DNA of 64,000 bases. It comes from Ruditapes philippinarum. Lineage: Eukaryota. The notes beneath the pieces are model-generated. The model ran no database searches. It saw nothing but the letters and a program-made list of their open reading frames with translations, and was not told the origin of the DNA. Of this stretch, positions 40,901 to 53,029 are shown in pieces. The DNA lies in contig NW_026858341.1 in assembly GCF_026571515.1 (NCBI RefSeq), positions 558,001 through 622,000 of the forward strand, given 5' to 3'. Within the stretch, counting starts at the first letter, position 1. The number at the start of each line of letters is the position of its first letter. A program made the translations under genes and the position numbers.

Positions 40901-41235
40901 GTCAAAATAAGGACTAGTGACCAGCACGCATCGGTGAAATCGTTTTGTCTGAAAAGGTAAAACAAATTTTACCTGCTTATATAAAGATAAAGTGAGTGCC
41001 TTCTATAGATATATCAATATATCAAAGTAATTGGTAAACATGTAAAAATGAATATCTTTCAGAATGATTTGACATAAACTAATTCATAGCAAAGTTTCAA
41101 ACAATTAATCATTTCTTGTTATAAAAAATTTACCCATAATCCAACGTTCACTGTGAAGTCACACAGCATTGATTGTTCCTCAACTTGTTGAACAAGGTAT
41201 CTGAATTTGGATTTTGGTTTAAAATGTTTCTCCAT
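37965..41235 (-). CDS. BTB-BACK protein A (Kelch-like family N-terminus, divergent beta-rich C-terminus), about 628 aa
   Basis: Exons 41235-41134 (MEKHFKP...MLCDFTVNVGLW), 40948-40864 (TKRFHRCVLVTSPYFDRAIRANFMEKQN), 39664-37965 (VEMAIMYLYG...NVELLLQQAEYFMIAGLKTYC; BACK ...RLSFLIKWIR...; ends KLRCHIRCPHCQLSKIQN). Phases 0/1, GT-AG. Confidence 0.9.
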
Positions 41236-41974
41236 TTTTTCAAGCCATCTAAACCTGACTGGAATGAGAATTAATCCTTCTTTATGATACGCAGTTTCCT
41301 ATTAAAATATTTAAGCACCATTAATACATTATTCACATATTAATACGCCATGCACAAGTAATATGCTCGGATTACATATAAATATATTGCAGAAAACTAC
41401 ATATAAGAATTTATTTAAAGTATCTTAGAATATGATAACAGTAAACCATGGTAAACCGTATGGGACCTGTCCTCCTATCCATGATTTTGAGTTATTTGCC
41501 TGCTCTTAAATTTTATGATTTATTATATTTTTTAATTTAAGAGCAGATAAATTATAAGTTTAAAAAACCATATTCTATCTATTGGTTTACTATTAGCTTT
41601 TCATTATACGTATCAGTGGAAACAATGCTAAAGTTCCCTTCAAACAGTTTAAGTAATAAATAGGAAAACCAGCATCAACAAATAAGGGTGGCATTCAATT
41701 AATGCAGACTTAATCAAACGACTAATAACTATCCTTGATATTTTAGTAAATCACTCAATTAAAATTAATGTCAGATGAATAAAATGCAGAAAAAATGCTT
41801 ACTTTGTGAGATATATACCCTTGAATTAATGCAAAATTTTCAAATTTAAGTTCAGATAAAACTCGAACGAGTTTGTATTCCTATTTTAAGAAAAAACATA
41901 ATTATTTTTATTTTGTAGTAACATATGCCTTTTTAAAGTTAAAATATCATAAATTACAACCTGGAACTAGTCCG

Positions 41975-42545
41975 GATTTTTGTCACCCGCATTGAAATCC
42001 CGCCAACAGTTTGGCCGGTAAAAGCCGGACATTATTTTTGCTATTTTAAACTCTGGCGACCATTTAGTGCAGTGAACCGGAACGTGCCGGCGATATGCAC
42101 GCTAAAGACAGGTAGTGATCAATCTTGTGAAATATTTTTCGAAAGTTCACAAGCAGTTTGACATTTGACAGCCGGACAAGATTTTTCTATTTAAATCTCT
42201 AGTTGCAATTTTTTTGCAGAAAAGCTAAACGTGGCAAAGGTATGCACAGCAAAGGTTTGTAATGATCACTCCCATCAAGTTACATCGAAATCCTGCCAGA
42301 AGTTTGTCCGGTGAAAGACAATATTTTTTCTATTTGAAGCTCTGGTGGCCGACTTTTGCAGCAATGCTGAACGTGCTGGCGTTTTGCAAGTCTAAGGTAG
42401 GTACCTTTCACTTATGTGAAGTTTCGTTGAAATTCCACTTGCAGTATGACCATGACTTTCCTATTTATAACTACTTTGGCGGCAAATGTGTGCAGCAAAG
42501 CGGAACGTGCCCACAATATGCACAACGGAGACATAATTACGTGTA
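41975..42545. repeat. Degenerate about 130-146-bp tandem repeat, about 4 units, in the A-B intergenic spacer
   Basis: CTATTTxAAxTCTGG...GCAG...GAACGTG anchor at about 42041, 42187, 42330 and 42461. Confidence 0.65.
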
Positions 42546-43471
42546 ACATTATTTATAAGGATATAGAATTGTTAACAATTCGTATTAGTTAGGAATTTTT
42601 ATGACTAAAAATGAAATTATATCAAAGCAATTTTACAGGACTATGTTATACTTTAGTTTTTTATTAAATAAATCATAAAGAACATTTACCTGATGAAAAT
42701 CCGTACGTTCAAAGAACTAAAATTTCAATTAATGTATTATGTTAACCTCCCCATATCTATTCACCTTTTTAACTCTGGCACAATCACTAATCAATAGTCA
42801 TTACGTACACTTGTTTCATGTATGTGTTGGGTCTATTTTTAGAAGACATTATTTAAATATATATACTCTACAGATAAGATATGTGCAATTTTTAATAACC
42901 ACCGAGAAGTTGTTTTCAATCAATCAATTATTGTTGGGTCGTAAGTTTTAATTTTAATATTGAAGTTTTAATATTGTAATTTAGGTTCGCAAACGATTGA
43001 TTGGTTGATCAGTGATTTAGATTGATAAAAGGGCATACTTCCTTTCGTGGAAATTGAAGTTATATTTGGACATTACGTAGTTTCATGTGACCTAAAATAT
43101 ACATTTAGGTCCTAATCTTCACGTGAAGTACGGAATTAAAAAAGAATTTATAAATAAATATTACTTGACTATGTAAGTAAACCATAATGGTATTCTTTAC
43201 AGAAAACTTACAGAAGATAATTTAATGTCATTAGATAATTTGCTTTGCTCAAATAACAATATAGGTTATAATTATGTACTATAATTTTAAGCTTTCTATA
43301 CATGTCTTCTATTCATCATGTTCGATTATTTAAATTGTTTGTCATTTACGCATGCATATGCGTGTTCATAGGCGAACTATTACGCATGCGCATGTGTGAA
43401 ATGTAATAAAGTGGACTGAAAAACGAAATTACTGATAATTACTAGACTTTTATTTATATATTATCAAGAAA

Positions 43472-45983
43472 ATGGAGGTTGAAAAGACACATGATCCGGA
43501 GTCAAATTTCGAGTTCCTCGTTCTCCAGGTTGATGAACAATCCGAATTTTGTGACGTCACAGTCATTAGTGGAGATTGGGTTAGTTTATAAAATGTTGTT
43601 CTTTTTATAAATTGAATGTACTTTAATATCATAATTTAAAAAATATTCTTTTTATAATATGAATTAAATATATAACCACGATAAACATGTCTGAAAATTG
43701 TTGTTTATTTCACACTTTTTATCAAGATAAATACATATGCTATTTACAATTTTATATTATTACTAATTTGCAAAACAAATGGAAAGATGGAAGGCAAATG
43801 TGATTTGTGAACCTACATAGACGACAATGGAGATGGCCCAGTGAAACACACACTCACTCATAATCTTTAAGTCTGCATTCTAAATTTTTTGTTTTTGTGA
43901 AATGATATTGTCAGAAAATACCAAATATTTAAAATGGTATAGAAGTGTTTAGTGTTAATGCTAAATTCTTTAACTGATTTAAAATTTCAGAAGAAGAGAT
44001 TTCATAGATGTGTGCTTACAGCAAGTCTACTGTTTCAGACCATAGTAGACATACAAATTGGCAACGCCAAGACAGGTAACACTATACATTAGAATAATAT
44101 TTACAGTGACTTGAATCTAGGCAAAAAAAACCTTATTTGAAACATTCTTTTTTGTCTATCAAAAGTATGATAATTTTAATAAGATGTATTTTTAATTTCT
44201 AGGCAATGTTCTTGAGAAACATGGCAGAATACAGGATACCAAACTTGAGATAATGATTGACACGTCCCCTGATGTTGTGGAGATGGCAATTATGTTCTTG
44301 TACGGAAAAGTCCCTGCGTTTACTATCAGTAATATAGGGGACCTTCTGGAATTAGCAGAATACCTAATAATACCAAGCCTAAAACATGCCTGCATAGATT
44401 GGCTGGAACAAATAGATTATTCTAAAGTAAATTGTATGCATGTCATCAAATTGTCTACAAAGTTTGATTTTGATATAAAGACTTGCAAAAAATACATAGA
44501 AAGTCATATACCAGAGACGTTTCTCCTTGATGAGGCAGTTGACCTTTCCTTTGAAACAGTGGAGTACTTTTTCAGGGATAAAAGATTTTCGTACGTAGAC
44601 ATGGACGTAAAGTTGGGATTTCTTATAAAATGGGCGAATAAGCATCCTAAAGAGTCGATGAAAATAAGTGTCAGTCAAGTAATAGACACAATTGATCTAA
44701 AGGAAGTATCCATTAATGTTTTGGAAAAGGCAAAGAATAATGCTACTTTTAATAGTCTGATCGATTTAGAAAACAGAGTTTGTCAATCGAAGCAAGATTA
44801 TTTCAGAAAACGTGTGCTGATAATGGCATCTGGGGAATCTTATTTTGCCTGCTTAGATCTTCAGGAAAGCCGTTGGTATAGATTACATTCTAGATATTTC
44901 GACAGATACCGATATCGTGAGGAAATTATCGGTGTAAGAAATGATAACCCTGAAGTGTGTATGGAGGAAGTTTATTCTAGTAAAGATATTATGACAACTG
45001 TTGACTTAGAATCTGATGAGATACGTACATATAGGCTTCAACTAGAACTTGACTATTTTACAGATAAAGATGAAGATATTGTCGATGTAGAGATCGCTCA
45101 TGTTAACTTAAGCAACGATATTGTAGTTGCAGTAGTACAAATAACTGTACAAATCTTTGTTCATTGTGATATTCACCAAGATGTACGGGATAACTTTTCT
45201 TCCGGTGACGAAAGGGAATGTCAAGATATTATAAATGCCGTCTTGCAGACACAAGTCTGTCGCGAAATCAGTTCAAACGAGAATGGGGACTATGCCTTAT
45301 GCGTCGTACATTTACCAGGAACAAAAGATATTGTAGAACCAAGTGCAGGATCATCATCATCCAGTTACACAAGAAATGTCACAAGCTTATTCATTGGAAA
45401 CACTTCGGAAGAAGATGTAGAAACGCAACCAGTGTTTTCTTTTCGGAATGAAATTGTAACTCAAATGTGTATGAATAATCGTTCTGTTTTGGCTATGCTA
45501 ACAAAATCAGACAATTTCGTTCATGTGATACTGTATGACGTATTGAATTATAAGATGGACCGCTTATTAACGTTGCAGAAAAAAGAGTACGAAATTTGTC
45601 CGTCTGACAATGGCTTTATTATCTACAATGATACTAACTGTTTCTGTCTGACAAAACTATCAATACCATTCTTCTCTAAGACTTATAAGATTGAAACATT
45701 AAGACTGGAAAATGGAGTAGGTTGGTTTATCAAGTATCGCTATCAATGTGGACTGTGGATAAGAATATTACGCAGAAGCTTGAACGATGATCTTGAACTC
45801 CAATGTGTATCGCATGAAGAACTGGCTATGAGTCATTCTTCACAGGATGTAAATTGGAAAAATATGCCTATTCCTGAAGACAACACACTTTTTGAGAATC
45901 GCAGTGATCTAGAAAATGCTTTTGTAGTTCCTTTATCAAAAAGAAAGCTACGATGTGATATTGCATGCCCACATTGCAAATAA
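43472..45983 (+). CDS. BTB-BACK protein B, about 657 aa
   Basis: Exons 43472-43579 (MEVEKTHDPE...EFCDVTVISGDW), 43991-44075 (KKRFHRCVLTASLLFQT), 44203-45983 (VVEMAIMFLYG...LLELAEYLIIPSLKHAC...KRKLRCDIACPHCK*). Same intron positions and 85-nt exon 2 as gene A. The stop codon overlaps AATAAA. Confidence 0.92.
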
Positions 45984-46719
45984 ATAAACGTGTCTTAATA
46001 TTATCCATAACTTAGTTTGTTGAAATCATATAACATGTTTATTAATCATCTGACGATACAAAAATGAATGCAACTAGGCCAATCTCTCGCGTTTAACCAC
46101 GTTTTGCACGAACTCATATGTGATATGATTGTGTAAGCTTTAATTGATACAATACATGTGTAAATCAGTTCAGTCGAGTTTTGACAATTGGTTGATTAAC
46201 ACTATCTATTCGTGTATACTAAAGCTTAAATGGTTGGGAAAAGGTCTCCTTTCACTGACCAATAACTGTCCTATTTTAATTTTACGGACGGTGTCGACTA
46301 ACGGACAGTCAATAGAGGAGGACTAAAATGGGGACAATATCTGAAATCAAAGTGTTTGTATTCATATTAAGGACATCAAACTAAAATTAAACTTTCATGC
46401 CATGTATGTTTTGATTAAACCCTGTGTACTGTACGGTAGAATACAGACACTATTAGATTTATATGGTATACGGCAATTTATGTATCAATAATATATTCCT
46501 TCATACACACCGTCACCAAAGAGTAAAGGGTTTCAATGTTTAAACTTCATTATGATTAAGATTTGCTCTCTTAAGCAATGCTTGGCTTCAGGATCATTTC
46601 GAATTTTCACTCAGCTAATCAATAACTAGCATTCACATTTTTGCATTTCATTAGTTTCATTTTTTTTACTGATGGGTGACGAAATATTAACGCGTGTGTT
46701 TTTGTATGCTCAAATAATG

Positions 46720-47450
46720 TTATGCGCCAGGTAATCTGTTCGCCCATCTGTTAATAGTTTTCGTGTCCGGTCTGTATCTTCAGAATAGGTGGACGGAAAT
46801 GGAAACTACAGCAATATTTATCATGATGAGTAATGTGCAGAGCGCAAGTTTGACCAATTTTTCTGTATCCATTCCAAATTCTGTGTCCGCACTATATCTG
46901 TTGAACCGATAGAAATAACTTAAAACATTTTGGGAGAAATATTACTCATAATGAGACGGTGTACAGAACACAGGTTCAGGGTTCCCGCGAAACAAACTTG
47001 CTACACTCAGTGGATTACTTTATTATATAGACTTATATATGAAGACACATTTCAGTTCCACTGTGTGAAACTACAATGTATAGATCCTTAGATATTTGCA
47101 TGTAGCATTGCCTGGTTGACCTTTACAAAACTGATATGAATCATGTCCCTTGGTTCAATATTGCCTCCTACCCAGGGACTTATATATAAAAATTATAACT
47201 GATACTTATTATGTGAAACTACGATGACAAATGATTCGGTAATTGGCATTTAACATCACATTGTGAACCACAACATAACTGGTATTAATCATGTCTTAGG
47301 TCAATATTTGCCTCGTCAAGAATTTAGGTATTTGGCATGTAGCATCAATCTGTAGATGTCTACAACTGCAAAGTTATATCGGTCATGACCATCAGGTCAA
47401 AATTGGTCCTGCCCTGTGAGTCGCTTGTTTTAACTAGACTAAGGTGTAAA
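46720..47450. repeat. Degenerate interspersed repeat with internal tandem subunits
   Basis: Two to three diverged copies of TGTGAAACTAC...TTGGCATGTAGCAT...AATCATGTCCC...GGTCAA(T/A)ATTG(G)C. Boundaries approximate. Confidence 0.45.
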
Positions 47451-48454
47451 AAAACACCTCTTTTCTTCATGTGGATAAAGTATTATGAATTTAGTCATAT
47501 CATATAAACCGTATTAGCTCTTAAGATTTGACATTACTGGAAATAGTAGACGTGTGTCCCTTTTAAATGTCAGATGAGGTCAAAGAGTCATGCACATTTT
47601 ATAAAATTTAAAAAAAGAACTTTTTTTTCAACTTACATGAAGTTTATTCATTTATTTAAATGACATCACAAGTAAAGCGATGAAAAAATACATATCAGCA
47701 TACTTCAAATAAAGAATGTTTCAACGTCTTTTTTGGGGAGGTCGTGGGGGGGGGGTGGGTTGGGGTTGTGGAAATGTTGGTGATAAATTGTTAGCACCAT
47801 CAAAAATGAAAAGAAATCTAGCACCATCATTGCTTTTATTGACAGAGATGTTCGGTAAATACCAATGCCAGTGGCATTAACATCTATGCTTGTATGCCTA
47901 GGTTTTGATTTATGTCAGGTAAATGACAGTGTTTTTCTAATTGTGTGTCGAGTAGTTTTGTATACATTTTCATTATTTTGTATAGTCTAGGTTTCTGTTG
48001 TACGAATGTAACAACGTGTTATTTCTAACGTTAATCATACTTTTTCAATCATAACTGGGGTAAATTATTGATACAATATGGGTTCTAGTGATTTCGATAG
48101 TATCTCCCCGACGACAAAGGCACGGTATTCTATGCTTATTTATTGTATTGACATTGTGTATAAATACGTAACTACTGTGTCAAGTTGCCTTATGTAGATA
48201 GTTTTTACACTAGTGTAATATCTAGCTGTTTTAAATGGGTTTATCTAACGCTATCTATATGATAACATGTTATTTATAATGTTAAGCATGCTGTTCTTCC
48301 TGTGGTTTCGGAATGGATGAAATGCCCGCTTCTTTAGTTTCCTGTCTTACCACAGACACGATAAGACACTTATTAAATAAGGCTTTGATATAATCTTCTT
48401 GATTCAATAATTTAATTGTACAACAGTACAATCTTATGTTTACTCTTTCATCAT

Positions 48455-48461
48455 CATTATA

Positions 48462-48517
<56 letters not shown>
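48455..48517. repeat. (TAT)n microsatellite
   Basis: About 18 TAT units; explains the poly-Tyr ORF 48416-48673. Confidence 0.95.
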
Positions 48518-49154
48518 GTGATAAAGTGCATGCTTACAGTATACTATATATTGTTCCTCCGTCGGTCAGCGTATATTCACTGCCATTACCTTATTATTAT
48601 TATTTTAATTTCTCTTACACTAATTAATCAATACAATTTGATGACATACCTCATTTTTCCGCTCGTAATTTAACCACCACACATGCTCACAGCAGATACG
48701 TATTAGACGTTTACTTGCAAACATGAGATAACCCTCTGACAGTCCCTTTTGTTTTCAGTTTAAGCTTGATATAATCTATTAATTTCTTGCATATGTAATA
48801 AGATTACCAATTGTTTACACAGGTGCTAGGAAACCCTGTTTTACACCCCCTTTAAAAGACAAGTCTCGTACTTTAAATAACGTAATTTCCACGCGCCTTT
48901 TTATGATTGAATTACTTTATTAAGATTACGTCATTTTGCCGTTATGAATCAAGTTGTAAATTCAAACAATACTATTAAATAAAATTGCAAAATAAAAATT
49001 ATGCTTTTTCGATATTTCATTTCAAAATATCTTTAATATAATATGTGCAAAAGAAAAAATCAATCACCGGTTGTTGTCAGAGACAGGAATATCTAGCTCT
49101 CGGGGAAACTTGGCAAATCCTTTTTACCGCCGTAAACAATTGCCCGTTGAGCTA

Positions 49155-49470
49155 GATATTCCGGTCGGTATCGACAGCCGAGGTAAGATCCTTATAGTAT
49201 TCTTTAAAACATAACATTTACAGCTACTGTATTAATAAAAGTTTTCAACAACAAAAAAAGATTTTTGTCTTAGACAAACATTTCATGTAAAGAGAACGAT
49301 GTGATTCCACTGGGATATTCCGGTCGGTATCGACAGCCGGGGTAAGATCCTTATAGTATTCTTTAAAACATAACATTTACAGCTACTAAATTAATAAAAG
49401 TTTAAAAAAAAAAAAAACGATTTTGTCTTAGACGAACATTTCATGTTAAGGGAAAGATGTGATTCCACTG
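49155..49470. repeat. Direct tandem duplication, 2 x about 158 bp
   Basis: GATATTCCGGTCGGTATCGACAGCCG...GATGTGATTCCACTG at 49155-49312 and 49314-49470. It overlaps the right arm of a palindromic MITE (GGAATATCTAGCTC...GAGCTAGATATTCC, about 49060-49195). Confidence 0.9.
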
Positions 49471-52187
49471 TGGCATTTTTACTGTCTTACGATAACATTC
49501 TTTTATCAAAATAGATGATGTCCCTGTATTTTCCTAATGAAGTATTGATTAGAAATGAAACTAATGATTTACATGAAGAAAACTATTAAATCCCAATCCC
49601 ATTGTTAGGCATGTGACCAGCTTGTATTATTTCTGAATAAAGCATTTTTCTAGAAGGGAGGGGGTGGGGCGGTTACGTCGAACCAGCACAGTATATGTGA
49701 TTTTCAAGCTTAATTGGTGGAAGAAAATCTCAGTAAATTATTTTGTTTAAAGTCAACGACAATAACCACTCGTCCCGGACACCTTTGCGGTATGCTGTGA
49801 CATACTGAAATTTATGTTAAAATGTTTAAAATCGTACTGTATTTTTGGTTCAAAATTATGATTTTACAAAAGATGTATCTGTGCAGTATGTATTTATAAA
49901 ACACAACATAAAACTGAGACATGTTGTCAAATTGATCTAAAACAATCTAAATGAGGTATTACTTTCGTTGGAATGTTTTTTCTAACTTCTAGTTCACTTT
50001 TTTGTCTTCAAACTCGTTCGGCTTTTTCGACTTAAGACATAATTTTAGTTACATTATGAGTAATAGCTTGATTTTTTTAACAGGCGCCTATTTACATAAT
50101 GATGTATTATTTATCATCGTATCAAGCATTAGTCTATGTGTAATTACATACATTTTTGTATTTATTTTTTATTTTAGAAAACTGCAATAAGAAATGTCTT
50201 ATACATCGCATGTCCTCATTGCACTAGTTTATTAATATGATAATACGTTTGACTTAAAGAAGGAAAACATATCACAGGGTTTTAGTAGCCGGCGTGGCAT
50301 GAGTCTAAATTGAATCATTTTCATTAGTTGAATCGATAATTTTACAATTCATAAAATGCATTTTCATTAGATAAATTGATATATTTTTTGATAAAGACTG
50401 CATTAGTAAACTATTGAAAGTTTTTTATAGTGGTTCTTGTTTTAATCATAATATAAACAAAACGATGCAGGCAGTCAGATAATATGATTAAAGTTTAAGC
50501 TAACGGCGACCTTGCCGCATTTGTAAGTTATAGTTTTTATGTGTATGTTAATACCTGTTTGTTGTTGTATTTATAAATATAGAACCTATAATAAAACAGA
50601 AATTGTACTTTGTGCGTTGTGTTATATAAATAGCAAACTCGTGGTTAATAAAACATTGGATTGAATAAACAATACAAAATGATATAGAATGGAAGTTGTA
50701 GTTCAATATTATCATATCAAATAGCTAGATTCTACATTTACGAAAGACAAAATTACGGCACAAAAAACACCTGTTTTTCAGAAATAATTCAGAGATGAAC
50801 CCAATACTACCTCAACCCTACCTCTTCAACACAAATAAGGAATAAACGACGTATAGCTGTGAATGGATCATGGGTAGGCTGCAATCCAATATAAACCACT
50901 CGGTGGAATTTTTGGGTCGCTTCTTACTACATTTAAATAAAGATAGAGATTAGATTTCACAAGACAACATTCAGATTGTTTACCAACTGGACAGATTAAG
51001 TCTTCTAGAAATAATGATGACTTCACATAGCCGTATTGACCATGAAAAAGTTCAATGCTGTATTATAGGAACACCTTATATAAACACTTAAAGCCACTCT
51101 CAAGAAGATAACGGAAAATTTAGTGTCGTGATTCAAAATATCTCTTCAAACAAACCAACAACTTAAAAGTTATCAAAATTTCGCTTGTTACCGTTCAAGC
51201 AGTGCTTCCGAAAAAGTCTTCTTTTCCGCTATTTTGAAATGCCATCTTTAATTTCACTACAAATTTTCTTTCATCCGCGTTATTTCCAGTATTCACCTTA
51301 TGTTTCACATGAACTGAGACACATGACAAGGATTGCTTTGATTTTCATATTTGACGTAATTTGTATAAAAAGAATAGTCAAATTGGTTAATTTCATCAAA
51401 TATATAGTGACCAATATATATGAAAATATCAACTTAAACTTAAGTTGAAATAGGATTAGAGCCATTCCAGCTTACACATTAACTAATGTTGAAATACGGT
51501 CCGTAGCGTGGGGCTGTGACAAAATTAAACATTAATTTGATAATTCGGGCGAAAAAAACATTCTGGTCAACTTATGTGCTAAAATTTACGAGAACAACTA
51601 GTAGTTAAAAAAAGACCTTCTGTCGACTAACATCACTGTTATGAATGGATACCTAAGTTAACCAGACAATAAACAAGCTTCATTTATACTTCATTTCAGT
51701 GCTGTTATAATTTTCTGGTTCTTTCAGGATAATTGATTCCACCCCTTTTAAGTGTTAAAAATTGTGTACCGCTCAAGCTGCTGCTAGGGGCGTGAGACAT
51801 GTTGCATTTTCCCCCTAGCCTTCATGTACAGACTCACTGAAACCGAGTCTGTAATTCTCATGTAATTTTGTTGTGATAAATTCTTCCGAGTGATCAACTT
51901 TTTCAGATTTATATCAAGATATAGACCAGGGTGTAATTTTTTGTAAAAGATGTTCTTGCCATCTGTTTTGTGTAATCTATACAAACATAGAATAATTATC
52001 AAAATGGTCAGTAAAATTGATTTTTGCTTCCAATGTTGAGCTGATTAAAGATCGTTACGTTTTTATATTGTCAATTTGACAACCTAACACTTTATTAAGT
52101 ATTTTATTTGCCTTCTCTAATTTATAAAAAGCAAAGGGGGATTCTCTAAATTAATTACGAACAAACATCTTTAAATATACAATACTA

Positions 52188-52350
52188 GGTGCCTCCATGA
52201 CTGAGTGGTTAAAGTCACCGGCTTCAAATCATTTGTCCTATATAGGTGTACATTCGAATACTGGTACCGTCAGACGATCGTGAGAACACCTGAAGTCTAC
52301 TAAACAGGTAAGCTAGATAGTCACCTTAATAGACTTTAAAACCAACAAAT
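52188..52350 (+). mobile_element. Degenerate tRNA-derived SINE
   Basis: GCCTCCATGACTGAGTGGTTAAAGTC...CTTCAAATCATTTG...TTCGAATAC...CACCTGAAGTC aligns with the 13418 copy. Confidence 0.6.
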
Positions 52351-52364
52351 AGATAAATACAGAA

Positions 52365-52630
52365 TCCCTAAAGAAAGCCCAACACGGCAAAATTGAAAAT
52401 GTTGCAGGCTCGGTTTGATTGAGCCTGTTCATGGACGGTACTGGAAAGTGCAAGTTACCGTCCACCGCCCCCTAGCACCGGCTTAAGCAGAATTAAACAT
52501 TTAAACATGAAATAGTAAAATTTTGAATTTAGAAACATCCGCAGATGTGTTCATACGGCGGTTATCATGGAACCTTCAATGTGACACTACCGTGCCATTC
52601 CATGAAAAGCGGCGTATGGTCCCCAAGTAA
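52365..52630 (-). mobile_element. Dispersed about 260-bp repeat family, copy 2
   Basis: Reverse-complement match to 12808-13070. Confidence 0.75.
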
Positions 52631-53029
52631 TAAAAAGCGTGTGCCCTAAACGAGAAAACAATGGGCGGAACTAAATAAAATGGAATTTTGAAAGGGGAAA
52701 AAACAAACTTAATCTTCCTGAAAACAGGATAATGTTTAATCGTTAAAATGATTGTTAAAAATATCAATATGAGTCCTGACATCTATTTTGAGTGGTCCGT
52801 AAATTTTCAACAGAAGCTTATCCACCAAGAAGTAATATAATACATGTTCAGATATGTGTTTGTTTTAGTTTAGCCATGTGGTAAAAGTGTTCAATAGACG
52901 GAGCTTTCATAGAATTTTATACTTAAAGTTTGCCGACAAGAGCATTCTGCATAGCTGCTGTTGAAATCAAGTTCAAGTCTGGTCGCCCGGGTCAATATAT
53001 CTAACATATTCCAAAGCCGTACATAAGCT

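Noticed and set aside
48416-48673. Poly-Tyr protein
   Set aside because: Translation of a (TAT)n microsatellite.
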